Position numbers and translations under genes: made by a program
The notes under the pieces: generated by a model
Seen by the model: only the letters and a program-made list of their open reading frames with translations
Told to the model about the DNA's origin: nothing
Database searches by the model: none
From: Convolutriloba macropyga
Lineage: Eukaryota
Direction: 5' to 3'
Length of the DNA: 64,000 bases
NCBI RefSeq assembly: GCF_964194025.1
Contig: NC_134471.1
Coordinates: 20,150,001-20,214,000 of the forward strand
Shown here: positions 47,201 through 59,891 of the stretch, in pieces
How the letters are laid out: the number at the start of each line of letters is the position of its first letter
Position numbering within the stretch: position 1 is the first letter of the stretch

Positions 47201-50200
47201 ACAGGAATCAATCGCGGCGTCAGTGGCCATAAACCCCTCCCCTGCTATTCGCCCCGTGTTAATACATGTGAATGTACATACACCGCTGGCAAAGCAATGG
47301 ACTGGGGCTTAATGCATCTAAAAGTAAAAAAAGTTGATTATTTTTGGGAAAAGTCTCGCTTTTAATCTGAGATTAGAGTTTAAATTGATTTTGTAACCGC
47401 AAGCTTTCTTTTCAAAGCCCCAATTTTGTAGTTTTAAAGGTTGCCTGGGGTGAAATAAGGAAGATTTGACGTAATTTTTGTTATAACTTTTTTTAGTTTT
47501 GGGCAAGTTATGACTTGCTTTTGTAAGTATATACAATTAAAGTTAATTTATTTAGGTAAGTTTAGTAATGTGACAATTGTTGAGCATTTGTTCAAAAGTT
47601 CAAAGTAATTGCGGCGTGAAGAAAATTCATGATCGAAGTGTTAAAAACAAGTTTTGTGAAAGTTTAATTAGTTGCAGTAAATGTGTTGGAATAAGTATTT
47701 ATCAAACCATGAGCTTTGAATATTGCTAATTAGTTTAATGCTAATAATTGCCACGATAGGGGGCTGGTCACGGTTGAAAAGCAGCATAATACAAATGTTT
47801 CTTTTAGGATCAGCTTCGTTGAACTTGTTTTTAAATGGTTTAAGTTGATCTGAAACCAAGTTTTCAGCATTCACTCAGATATAGTTGGTGTTTTCAATTG
47901 TCTATTATGGTTCTAACTGCATGAATTTTGGTAGACAAAATATTTACGTAAATTTATAAGCTCAAACTTGGAGTGTTTTCGTTTTTTTTTAAAGAATTTG
48001 AAGTTGTTTTTCCAGGTTTGTATATTTACTTAATCGAATTTTAGTCTATGGCTGGTAAACAAAAAGTAGGGAACTTTTTTAATTAAATATACAGCACGGA
48101 ACTCACAATCTTAATTGAATGAGGCCGCGGCATTTTAGTATTCTTATTCCTCCTTCCGCTTTGTAGTTCACACTTTGAGTGGCCTCTTCAGGGCGGGTGA
48201 CGCTAGAGGGCTAAAAGGGGGAGGGGAGAGAGGGGTGGGTGGGGCTGCAGTTACTTACTACAGGCGCAAGGGCAGATTTATCGCACGAGGAAAAGCGTGA
48301 ACATTCAAGTGCACACGTTGATTGGGCGGGCTCAGGTGCTTTTAAATATAAAAGGATCAAAATCAAAACAGTCTGATTTTAATGGCCCCAATTAAAGCCG
48401 AACGTTGACCTGCTCCATTTGGGCCTAATTTTTAAACTTCTTCCCAAGCAGTCATAAACTTGTCCTCAGACATGGTACAAAACAAGCCCCAAATTTCCTT
48501 AACAAGCTAATTTTTTTTGTAAACAATTTTTTCAAATTATTTTTCATTTTTTCACAATCTGTTTATCTACGCTGCAGAGAATTGAACGGATGACACTAAT
48601 TGTTAGCGTTTTTAGCTTTACAGAACAAATAAACCTAACCAAAACCAGTGAAAATTTAAATTGAAAACAACAGCGATTTGCCGATATTTGTAACAAGTTA
48701 GAGTTACAAGAAATGTTGAGCTGTCATCGGCGGTGAATCGGTTTAGTGAGCGTGGAGCAGCTTGTTGTTTGTTTGAATATAGGGAGGAAAGGAACGGAGG
48801 CTAGATAGCTGCAATTGAGATGAGGCAGGCGGTGGTTTAAACAGATACATTTGGAGATAGACTCCGTGGAGCCACTGCTATTATGGCGATTGTGCGGGTG
48901 CAAAGAGCCGTATCTCAAGGGGCGGCACCCTTCACTCCCTCAACACCCCCCTCCCCCCCCCCCACCTCTTTCTATCTATATCTATATAACATCCCACACC
49001 AAATCACTACCACGAGAAGAATCAACAGAAGCAGTTCAAATGGACGAGTGTTCAAATTGACCACAACTTCAATTAGCTTAACATTTTTTAAACTTTTTTG
49101 TTCATAGGAAATCGGCTCGAAGAAAAACAAAAGTTTAAATGGACTGTAAATATAAACACCTATCACAGCGCGGCAAATTTTGATCACTGGTTCAATTGTA
49201 ATTTTACTTGTTACAAAATAGCCCCATTGACTCAAAATAGCCTCATTCGGTTGACTATTTTGTCATCGGATATTGCTTTTTGCATATTTAGCTATTGAGA
49301 TGCCCACCAAAGCACCCCTTCTCCAAGTTCTGCTCATCACAGGTAGCCTGAAGCTACCTTAATAATTGATATTGTCAACAATTTGTGAATTTTCAGTAAG
49401 GGGTCAAAATGAGAAACTTTTATAATAATAGGTGTTGCGATACAGTACTAAACGATACTAGAAAATTTTGATTTGCTGCGTCGACCATTATTTTATCGTC
49501 CTGATGATACTCTTTGAACAGAAATCCCACCACCACTACCATCGTCACAACACCACATCCCTTATCAGCCCGCCCTCCCCTCTTTTCCTCTCTCTACTCA
49601 TTTAATTTCCCTCCGCGACCAACTAAACAAATCCCCTGTATTATATATGCATATACGCATATCCATTTCCATTTATAAATATTATATTTTTAAAACTTTT
49701 GGTGCAAAAATCCGATGGCTCAAAACTTTCGTCGTGTCGATGAGAGGTTTTTATATTTCAAGCTGAATTCATGTTTAAGATTCGTAACCTCGAAATTTTA
49801 GATTTTACCCTTAACGTAGAACAATTTAGAACTCCTGAGTAAATCTGACATTTCTTGATGAAATAATGGGTTTTAAGTTTTCTGACAAAAGCAGATTAAA
49901 AAGAATTTTAATTTTTGATGTGGAAATTTTTTAGACAATTTTTGGCTTCTGTCGTAGTACTGTTCAAAAAGAACAGTTTCTAAAAATAGACTTTGAGGTG
50001 AAAAGAAAGTGGATTTGTCACGGACAGTTAACTAGTTTGTTGATAAAAAAACGAACTTGATGTTTTTTTAACAGGTTACTAATTTGTTGATAAATTTTTA
50101 TTATTTCAGCGCAAGCGGTAATTAACTCAAAGTTAATTTTGTAGGCAAAAATTGTCCTTCGATGATGAACTCACTGCATTAAAATAAACATCAATTCCGT

Positions 50201-53200
50201 TTATAAACTATAGTTTGGCTGGGAAGCGAGGGGCCTAAAAAGAGGTTTATTTTTCATTTTGCTATTTTTACAAAAAATACGGAAAACGTTTTTTTGGAGT
50301 AGTTAAAACCATGGATTGCTTTTAGCGTACTTAAAGCGTATCGATATTCGAGCCGGCCGGCGGAGGTGGAATTTTTGAATTTCATTCTAATACTCTATCC
50401 GGCTATAAATGCGGCTGTATAGAGAGTAACTTAGAGGAGCCGAGCGGGGGAATTAAAATATAGAGCAGGGATAGAATGGGAAATTAGAAGACGCTACGTG
50501 GTGTGGAATGAACTGCTGTGGAGTTTTGAGGGGAGGCTGGCGCTGAGGGGGGAGGGGGTGAAGGAATAGCAATGAGAGAGTGAAAGGGGATCATGTGTTT
50601 TATTATTCAATTCCTGACTTGATCTGCAAATTTATTGGGAGAGCTCTAGGCCGAAAAGCCACTCAACCTTCTTGTCTTCCCTCTGGGAAAATAGACCCAA
50701 ACACATGCGCTTATTTGTTCGAAAAAGTGTAAATCTTGCCAAATTTATGCTTTTTAACCAAAACTATGGCTGACGTTTTTAATTGAGCTATTTTACGACC
50801 CGTGTTTTGAAATAAATTGGCGAAAATTTTTTACGTTTTTGCCTGGAAAATGATTGTTGTTGGTATCTTAAATATAATGAAAGTTACTCTAAATAATTCG
50901 ATCTTAAAAACTGCAATGTAACTCACGAAAAGCTTATAAGCCTATTTTAGGTGCGTTTTAATTGCAGAATTAAGCTAATTGATGAAGCGCGAACTTCTAA
51001 AAGTTTTAAAATTATAATTCACCCCTAATTTTGGTGACCCAAAAAAGGAGTTAAATAGATTTCTGAAATAATTAAAAGTGAAGTTTTTTATTCGGCTTAG
51101 TGTGATTGGAGCCATGAGTGACACGTGTGTTAATAGTTAGTGCCCGCCCTCTTTGTAAGCGTGCAACTCATGAAGTATTTAGAAGGAAATAGGCGGCAAA
51201 AGTGGCTTTGATGTTTGATTGTATAGTGGGAAAGGGGCGAGGCTTCTGTGCGCGAGAGAGGAACAAATGTTCGTTCACTCTTTCTCTCTCTCTCTCTCAT
51301 TTAAACTCTTCTTGTCTCTCTTCATAAATGCTTTCTGTTCATGCGAGCGAGTGAAGGAAACGTACTTTCATACATATCAACATAAATCGCATATTATATT
51401 ATGTATGAATAAAACAAAAAAAGCCAACGCCGGCTCTGTTTGTTGCTTTGCTGAATGTGAAACTTTGAACAGAAAAAAAATAAAATTTGGTAGGTAGTTT
51501 ATTGATACTGTGAGTCAAACACTGCTGGTGCTTTTTGTGTTCTACTTCGTTCAAGAAAGTTATGGCAACAAAATACCCGCCCCTTATTTTTGCATTAATC
51601 ATACGAGCAGGACATACGTGACTAGACATTAATTACATAATACAAGATTGTAATGAAAAATGTGGTTTTTATTTTTGCTCCCTCTGTCGAAAAGAGTATC
51701 TTAGTTTTGGAAGTATTGTTGTAATAAATTGATGTAACTGTTGTTGGTCTTGAATTGCTCAGAGGTTTGACAGCTTTCATATAGAATTATTTCCTCTTCC
51801 TTGTAAAATAATTTTGAGTCAATACTGGACAATAAATTACATAAAATGCGACCTACTGTAGTTTTGTAATGCATTTCTCAATTCAAATTTTTCAGTTTCT
51901 TTAACTATCTTTTCACATAAAAGCACTTTATGGAAATTTCAAGTTGGCTAAATCTTATTTTAGTGGTGATCTCCTGTGAAAGTTTTCACTTTGTTAAGAC
52001 TAGAATGCTTAACCCGATGGTAGAAGAGATTACAGGCGTGGGGGTGTATTTGAGCCCCGTTGAGCGTGAAATAAACACTGACAAACTATCAATAATTCAA
52101 ATTCTCAACTGTTTTCTTTCCCCTCATACACTACTGCCATCCAGAATTCATATTTTTACAACCTTACAACGCCTGACTTGAATTGGATTTAATTGTTTCT
52201 TCGAACATGATTTGGCTTTTAATAGTGCAATATCTTGTTCTAGTCTGGCTACAAACATTAATGAACCATTTCGTGAACAATTTTTTTGCGGTGATCAAGT
52301 TTTTTATCTAACATAAAACAGTTCTCGGAGTTGGGAGTTTTTCGCGGCCATAAATTGGCTTCTAATTAATCAGAAATAGATCAAAGGTTAATTTAATTGT
52401 CTGTGTTGAAGCACGTGAATAACGGTTGCTAAATCAGGCACATATTAAAGTGATTTGTGATTTCTAGTGTGACATTCCATAAGTTGTTGCTAAAATACTT
52501 TCTCTCCCTGTTCTAAAAATTAGGGAATGATAAATTTGACGGCCAATTTGTTCGCTCTAGATTGTTTTTGTTTATTCAGCTACTAGTTAAAGCTAATGTC
52601 ACATTAAATAAGATAGATACCTCTCGACCTAAATTTAGAAAGAATCTAATATGGTTTGTCTTAGGAATGTTTTCATTCATTACTCCTCTTTAGTGAAATC
52701 GGTCAGTAGAAGAATTATTTAATTGAGCTAGCAATATTTTCAGTAGCTTGCGAAAATAGTGACCGCTTATTGCGAAAAGATGGGAAAATATTTGCCTCAG
52801 GTAATTAGAGTGCTGTGTTGAAACAGTGAGCTGTTTGTGAGGCGTCTAAGCTCATAGTCAGTTTTACTGCCACAAAAATGCCCTCAATAAATATTACTCA
52901 CATGAACAGCTATATCGGACTACTATTTTTGTTTCTCAGTTAAACATATAATCTGTTTTTAATGACTATTAAATATGTGAATGAAAATATTTTTTTTTCT
53001 CAAAAGCTGGGATATCAATAACAATCTAAACCCTACAAAATTTTAGCAAGTCAAGGATTTGCAAATCATTTGAGCTAAGAAAGTTATGCATTTTTTCAGA
53101 CTCTGTGCGCTATAAATTAACATAGACGCGTATATATAGCGCAGAGGCAATTAGGGGGTATAATTTGGAGGTAAGCTTGGAAATCGATACGACAGACAAT

Positions 53201-56200
53201 GCACAATAATTTGTCCCCGTAACTTGATTCGTCCTAATTATTCCTAACTACTTGCTGTCTCTGTTAGACTTCCACAATTGGCACCTTTGATTTTCCCCGC
53301 CCCAAAGCAGCAAATGGCTCGAATTTTGACTTAATTATGGAAGATTGGCGACATTAGGCTAATGTGGGAAGTTTTAAGCTTAGCTACGCGTCTGCAATTA
53401 GGAGCCGCGTTAAAATGTCCAATGTTGAAAGGGGCGCTTTTGTTAAAATTTTGGAGTTTTTCCTGTACAGAATTTACAGTTTAGCACGTATTTTTTTGCT
53501 TTTTATTTCTTCAAGGCAATTTTTCTGACTTTTCTAAGCGTCAATGAGCGTAAAATAGTTCTGTGATCATTTTTGTAGTTTCTTTGTTGACTCCGCATAA
53601 TATTTTTCAGTTCTGGATGCGATAGCTCGACTAGCTTTTTAAGCGACTTAGCCTTTTGGCATTTAGATTCCTGAGACGAGGAAACTCGGGGCTTTAAAAG
53701 TTAGCACGTGAACAGATTACTAACTGAAGTGTAAAATCGATTAGATTTTCTATCCAGAAAATGCCGGACCGTTATATTGACAGGAATCAATCGCGGCGTC
53801 AGTGGCCATAAACCCCTCCCCTGCTATTCGCCCCGTGTTAATACATGTGAATGTACATACACCGCTGGCAAAGCAATGGACTGGGGCTTAATGCATCTAA
53901 AAGTAAAAAAAGTTGATTATTTTTGGGAAAAGTCTCGCTTTTAATCTGAGATTAGAGTTTAAATTGATTTTGTAACCGCAAGCTTTCTTTTCAAAGCCCC
54001 AATTTTGTAGTTTTAAAGGTTGCCTGGGGTGAAATAAGGAAGATTTGACGTAATTTTTGTTATAACTTTTTTTAGTTTTGGGCAAGTTATGACTTGCTTT
54101 TGTAAGTATATACAATTAAAGTTAAATTATTTAGGTAAGTTTAGTAATGTGACATTTGTTGAGCATTTGTTCAAAAGTTCAAAGTAATTGCGGCGTGAAG
54201 AAAATTCATGATCGAAGTGTTAAAAACAAGTTTTGTGAAAGTTTAATTAGTTGCAGTAAATGTGTTGGAATAAGTATTTATCAAACCATGAGCTTTGAAT
54301 ATTGCTAATTAGTTTAATGCTAATAATTGCCACGATAGGGGGCTGGTCACGGTTGAAAAGCAGCATAATACAAATGTTTCTTTTAGGATCAGCTTCGTTG
54401 AACTTGTTTTTAACTGGTTTAAGTTGATCTGAAACCAAGTTTTCAGCATTCACTCAGATATAGTTGGTGTTTTCAATTGTCTATTATGGTTCTAACTGCA
54501 TGAATTTTGGTAGACAAAATATTTACGTAAATTTATAAGCTCAAACTTGGAGTGTTTTCGTTTTTTTTAAAGAATTTGAAGTTGTTTTTCCAGGTTTGTA
54601 TATTTACTTAATCGAATTTTAGTCTATGGCTGGTAAACAAAAAGTAGGGAACTTTTTTAATTAAATATACAGCACGGAACTCACAATCTTAATTGAATGA
54701 GGCCGCGGCATTTTAGTATTCTTATTCCTCCTTCCGCTTTGTAGTTCACACTTTGAGTGGCCTCTTCAGGGCGGGTGACGCTAGAGGGCTAAAAGGGGGA
54801 GGGGAGAGAGGGGTGGGTGGGGCTGCAGTTACTTACTACAGGCGCAAGGGCAGATTTATCGCACGAGGAAAAGCGTGAACATTCAAGTGCACACGTTGAT
54901 TGGGCGGGCTCAGGTGCTTTTAAATATAAAAGGATCAAAATCAAAACAGTCTGATTTTAATGGCCCCAATTAAAGCCGAACGTTGACCTGCTCCATTTGG
55001 GCCTAATTTTTAAACTTCTTCCCAAGCAGTCATAAACTTGTCCTCAGACATGGTACAAAACAAGCCCCAAATTTCCTTAACAAGCTAATTTTTTTTGTAA
55101 ACAATTTTTTCAAATTATTTTTCATTTTTTCACAATCTGTTTATCTACGCTGCAGAGAATTGAACGGATGACACTAATTGTTAGCGTTTTTAGCTTTACA
55201 GAACAAATAAACCTAACCAAAACCAGTGAAAATTTAAATTGAAAACAACAGCGATTTGCCGATATTTGTAACAAGTTAGAGTTACAAGAAATGTTGAGCT
55301 GTCATCGGCGGTGAATCGGTTTAGTGAGCGTGGAGCAGCTTGTTGTTTGTTTGAATATAGGGAGGAAAGGAACGGAGGCTAGATAGCTGCAATTGAGATG
55401 AGGCAGGCGGTGGTTTAAACAGATACATTTGGAGATAGACTCCGTGGAGCCACTGCTATTATGGCGATTGTGCGGGTGCAAAGAGCCGTATCTCAAGGGG
55501 CGGCACCCTTCACTCCCTCAACACCCCCCTCCCCCCCCACCTCTTTCTATCTATATCTATATAACATCCCACACCAGATCACTACCACGAGAAGAATCAA
55601 CAGAAGCAGTTCAAATGGACGAGTGTTCGAATTGACCACAACTTCAATTAGCTTAACATTTTTTAAACTTTTTTGTTCATAGGAAATCGGCTCGAAGAAA
55701 AACAAAAGTTTAAATGGACTGTAAATATAAACACCTATCACAGCGCGGCAAATTTTGATCACTGGTTCAATTGTAATTTTACTTGTTACAAAATAGCCCC
55801 ATTGACTCAAAATAGCCTCATTCGGTTGACTATTTTGTCATCGGATATTGCTTTTTGCATATTTAGCTATTGAGATGCCCACCAAAGCACCCCTTCTCCA
55901 AGTTCTGCTCATCACAGGTAGCCTGAAGCTACCTTAATAATTGATATTGTCAACAATTTGTGAATTTTCAGTAAGGGGTCAAAATGAGAAACTTTTATAA
56001 TAATAGGTGTTGCGATACAGTACTAAACGATACTAGAAAATTTTGATTTGCTGCGTCGACCATTATTTTATCGTCCTGATGATACTCTTTGAACAGAAAT
56101 CCCACCACCACTACCATCGTCACAACACCACATCCCTTATCAGCCCGCCCTCCCCTCTTTTCCTCTCTCTACTCATTTAATTTCCCTCCGCGACCAACTA

Positions 56201-58028
56201 AACAAATCCCCTGTATTATATATGCATATACGCATATCCATTTCCATTTATAAATATTATATTTTTAAAACTTTTGGTGCAAAAATCCGATGGCTCAAAA
56301 CTTTCGTCGTGTCGATGAGAGGTTTTTATATTTCAAGCTGAATTCATGTTTAAGATTCGTAACCTCGAAATTTTAGATTTTACCCTTAACGTAGAACAAT
56401 TTAGAACTCCTGAGTAAATCTGACATTTCTTGATGAAATAATGGGTTTTAAGTTTTCTGACAAAAGCAGATTAAAAAGAATTTTAATTTTTGATGTGGAA
56501 ATTTTTTAGACAATTTTTGGCTTCTGTCGTAGTACTGTTCAAAAAGAACAGTTTCTAAAAATAGACTTTGAGGTGAAAAGAAAGTGGATTTGTCACGGAC
56601 AGTTAACTAGTTTGTTGATAAAAAAACGAACTTGAAGTTTTTTTAACAGGTTACTAATTTGTTGATAAATTTTTATTATTTCAGCGCAAGCGGTAATTAA
56701 CTCAAAGTTAATTTTGTAGGCAAAAATTGTCCTTCGATGATGAACTCACTGCATTAAAATAAACATCAATTCCGTTTATAAACTATAGTTTGGCTGGGAA
56801 GCGAGGGGCCTAAAAAGAGGTTTATTTTTCATTTTGCTATTTTTACAAAAAATACGGAAAACGTTTTTTTGGAGTAGTTAAAACCATGGATTGCTTTTAG
56901 CGTACTTAAAGCGTATCGATATTCGAGCCGGCCGGCGGAGGTGGAATTTTTGAATTTCATTCTAATACTCTATCCGGCTATAAATGCGGCTGTATAGAGA
57001 GTAACTTAGAGGAGCCGAGCGGGGGAATTAAAATATAGAGCAGGGATAGAATGGGAAATTAGAAGACGCTACGTGGTGTGGAATGAACTGCTGTGGAGTT
57101 TTGAGGGGAGGCTGGCGCTGAGGGGGGAGGGGGTGAAGGAATAGCAATGAGAGAGTGAAAGGGGATCATGTGTTTTATTATTCAATTCCTGACTTGATCT
57201 GCAAATTTATTGGGAGAGCTCTAGGCCGAAAAGCCACTCAACCTTCTTGTCTTCCCTCTGGGAAAATAGACCCAAACACATGCGCTTATTTGTTCGAAAA
57301 AGTGTAAATCTTGCCAAATTTATGCTTTTTAACCAAAACTATGGCTGACGTTTTTAATTGAGCTATTTTACGACCCGTGTTTTGAAATAAATTGGCGAAA
57401 ATTTTTTACGTTTTTGCCTGGAAAATGATTGTTGTTGGTATCTTAAATATAATGAAAGTTACTCTAAATAATTCGATCTTAAAAACTGCAATGTAACTCA
57501 CGAAAAGCTTATAAGCCTATTTTAGGTGCGTTTTAATTGCAGAATTAAGCTAATTGATGAAGCGCGAACTTCTAAAAGTTTTAAAATTATAATTCACCCC
57601 TAATTTTGGTGACCCAAAAAAGGAGTTAAATAGATTTCTGAAATAATTAAAAGTGAAGTTTTTTATTCGGCTTAGTGTGATTGGAGCCATGAGTGACACG
57701 TGTGTTAATAGTTAGTGCCCGCCCTCTTTGTAAGCGTGCAACTCATGAAGTATTTAGAAGGAAATAGGCGGCAAAAGTGGCTTTGATGTTTGATTGTATA
57801 GTGGGAAAGGGGCGAGGCTTCTGTGCGCGAGAGAGGAACAAATGTTCGTTCACTCTTTCTCTCTCTCTCTCTCATTTAAACTCTTCTTGTCTCTCTTCAT
57901 AAATGCTTTCTGTTCATGCGAGCGAGTGAAGGAAACGTACTTTCATACATATCAACATAAATCGCATATTATATTATGTATGAATAAAACAAAAAAAGCC
58001 AACGCCGGCTCTGTTTGTTGCTTTGCTG
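38292..58028. repeat. Three-copy near-identical tandem repeat of a 6.58-kb non-coding unit (38292-44874, 44875-51453, 51454-58028)
   Basis: Identical spurious ORFs recur at offsets of 6583 and 6579. The junction ...tgttgctttgctg|aatgtgaaacttt is seen at 44874/5 and 51453/4. Copies differ by scattered SNPs and homopolymer/(CT)n length. Confidence 0.98.
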
Positions 58029-59431
58029 CGTTCTAGCGCCGTTTAGCTATTGTTCTCCCAGAACTGCCGACCAATATTAACAAAAATGAGCGCTAAATCT
58101 TAATAACAGTGGCACCCCTCCCCGGCCGACTGTAATTTGTTGTGAGATATTATATAGTAGCAAAACACACAGTGCAAAAGTGGAGTTTTTGGAGCTATAT
58201 AGCTCTTTTGTTTATCCAGAAAGGGAGAAAGCTCATTTTCCATAATCGTTTGTTCCACAAATGTATATCATGCGTAAGCCTATTAAGTTAATTAAATTCA
58301 AATTGAAGTGTTTGCTAAACTCCCCGGCTTCAATAATTCAATAAAAGGCAAAACATAAATTGAGTGCTTCAAAAAATAGTGCCGTCTCAACAAAAACTGC
58401 CGAATGTTGTTAGTTATGACACATGTTCAGTTATTGCTATAATGCATACACAGTTAGTCTTTAGTTATAGAAACTTTTTGTTTGCCGCAGTTTAACTTTA
58501 TTAATGCGCTGAATGCAATTTTCAGACTTGAAATAATTCAATAATTCATGTAGATTTGTCTACGATTTGTCATCACATTAAAGTTCTATTGTGCCATTAG
58601 CTGACTAATTTTTTGTAGAAATTTGGCGATATTGAAATTAAAGCTTCTTGGCTGCATGATTAAACGGGATGCCGCTGCGCTCTTTTTTTTCAAAATCCAA
58701 GGTAATCAAATTGAAGTAGAACGGGGATGGGTTAAACTTATTAGCGTTTGGGAAATAAAGGAATCAATGAAAAGATTGATTTGAGTATTTTTGATAAAAT
58801 CTGTGCCTGCCTTTTATTTTCTGTTTTGAGACATATTTGTGTAGCTGAAAAAGTTGAATAGCTGATGTCTTATCGCTTGTGGTTTTTGAAATTCAGGCTA
58901 GTTATGGCGTTCTAATTTTTTTCTATTTGAAGTGATTTGTCACAGGAAGGGTCGATGTTTCGTTCAAATAGAAGAAAGGGTTGACATGTTTGTTTAAAGC
59001 AGCGCGGGATGTAGGTATAAATTGTTTATATTAAGCAACTATAACTTCTTCAGTCTAGACTGCGTACATTGAAGTCTATGAAATTTAGTTTAGTATTCGT
59101 TTTTAGCTAATTTGGTTTTGTCTGCTGAAACAGTTTGATTAAGATCAGTTCAAAGGCGTCCTTGGATCGTGACTATATGAAGAATTGTGTTATTTCGCGT
59201 TGAAAGAGCTCTTCTGGCGCTCTAATGTTTGCTGTCGAACTTTTTTGCTATTAGCTTGGGAATTTAACTTGTTTATTTTTTCTGCCAATTTTCCATTATA
59301 TCTCTGCTCGGATCGACAATTCTTTCTTAGTAAACAAACTAAAGCACTTGGGATTAAAAATAAAAAACATTGGTATTGTTTTAGTTTATAAGTTAACAAA
59401 TTATTTGATTTTCCTGGGGGGGCTTAGTTTT

Positions 59432-59891
59432 TTAGGCGAAAATACGGTTTGGCCAACACAATTTCTGCAGCCATAAGGCAAATTGAACTATAGTGTTGTG
59501 GACATTAGGTTAATACCAATGAAAATTTTTAAAGACTGTACTCCAAAATCCACTTGACGCTATAAAGTACTCAAGAGTACCTAACAATTGTAACTAGATG
59601 ATAATAGCTTACAAAAACACAGTCACTTTTTTAATATTGCCCAAATGTTACCCAGGGCTGTATAAATGATGTAATAGTTTGAAAAGAAATAGTGTATTTT
59701 ACCTGTGCTTTCTCAAATCATTTTTATGTAATGACTATTTTCAGGGACACTTGACTTATAGCGTCAAGTGGATCGTGGGGTACAATCTTTAAGTGTTTTA
59801 ATAGTTATTCGACTAATGTCCACAAAAGTTAGTTCAAAATTGTTGCCTAATGTCTCCGAAAACTGTGTTCGCTAATCGAGTTTTCGCCTAA
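59432..59891. mobile_element. Foldback/MITE-like element with long, diverged inverted arms (about 140-170 bp)
   Basis: ttaggcgaaaa...tgtggacattag...atccacttgacgctataa is mirrored by ttatagcgtcaagtggat...ctaatgtccaca...ttttcgcctaa. Confidence 0.75.

Noticed and set aside
38768-58036. Short ORFs (60-92 aa) repeated three times
   Set aside because: No recognisable domains, many non-ATG starts and low complexity; they recur only because the DNA is triplicated.
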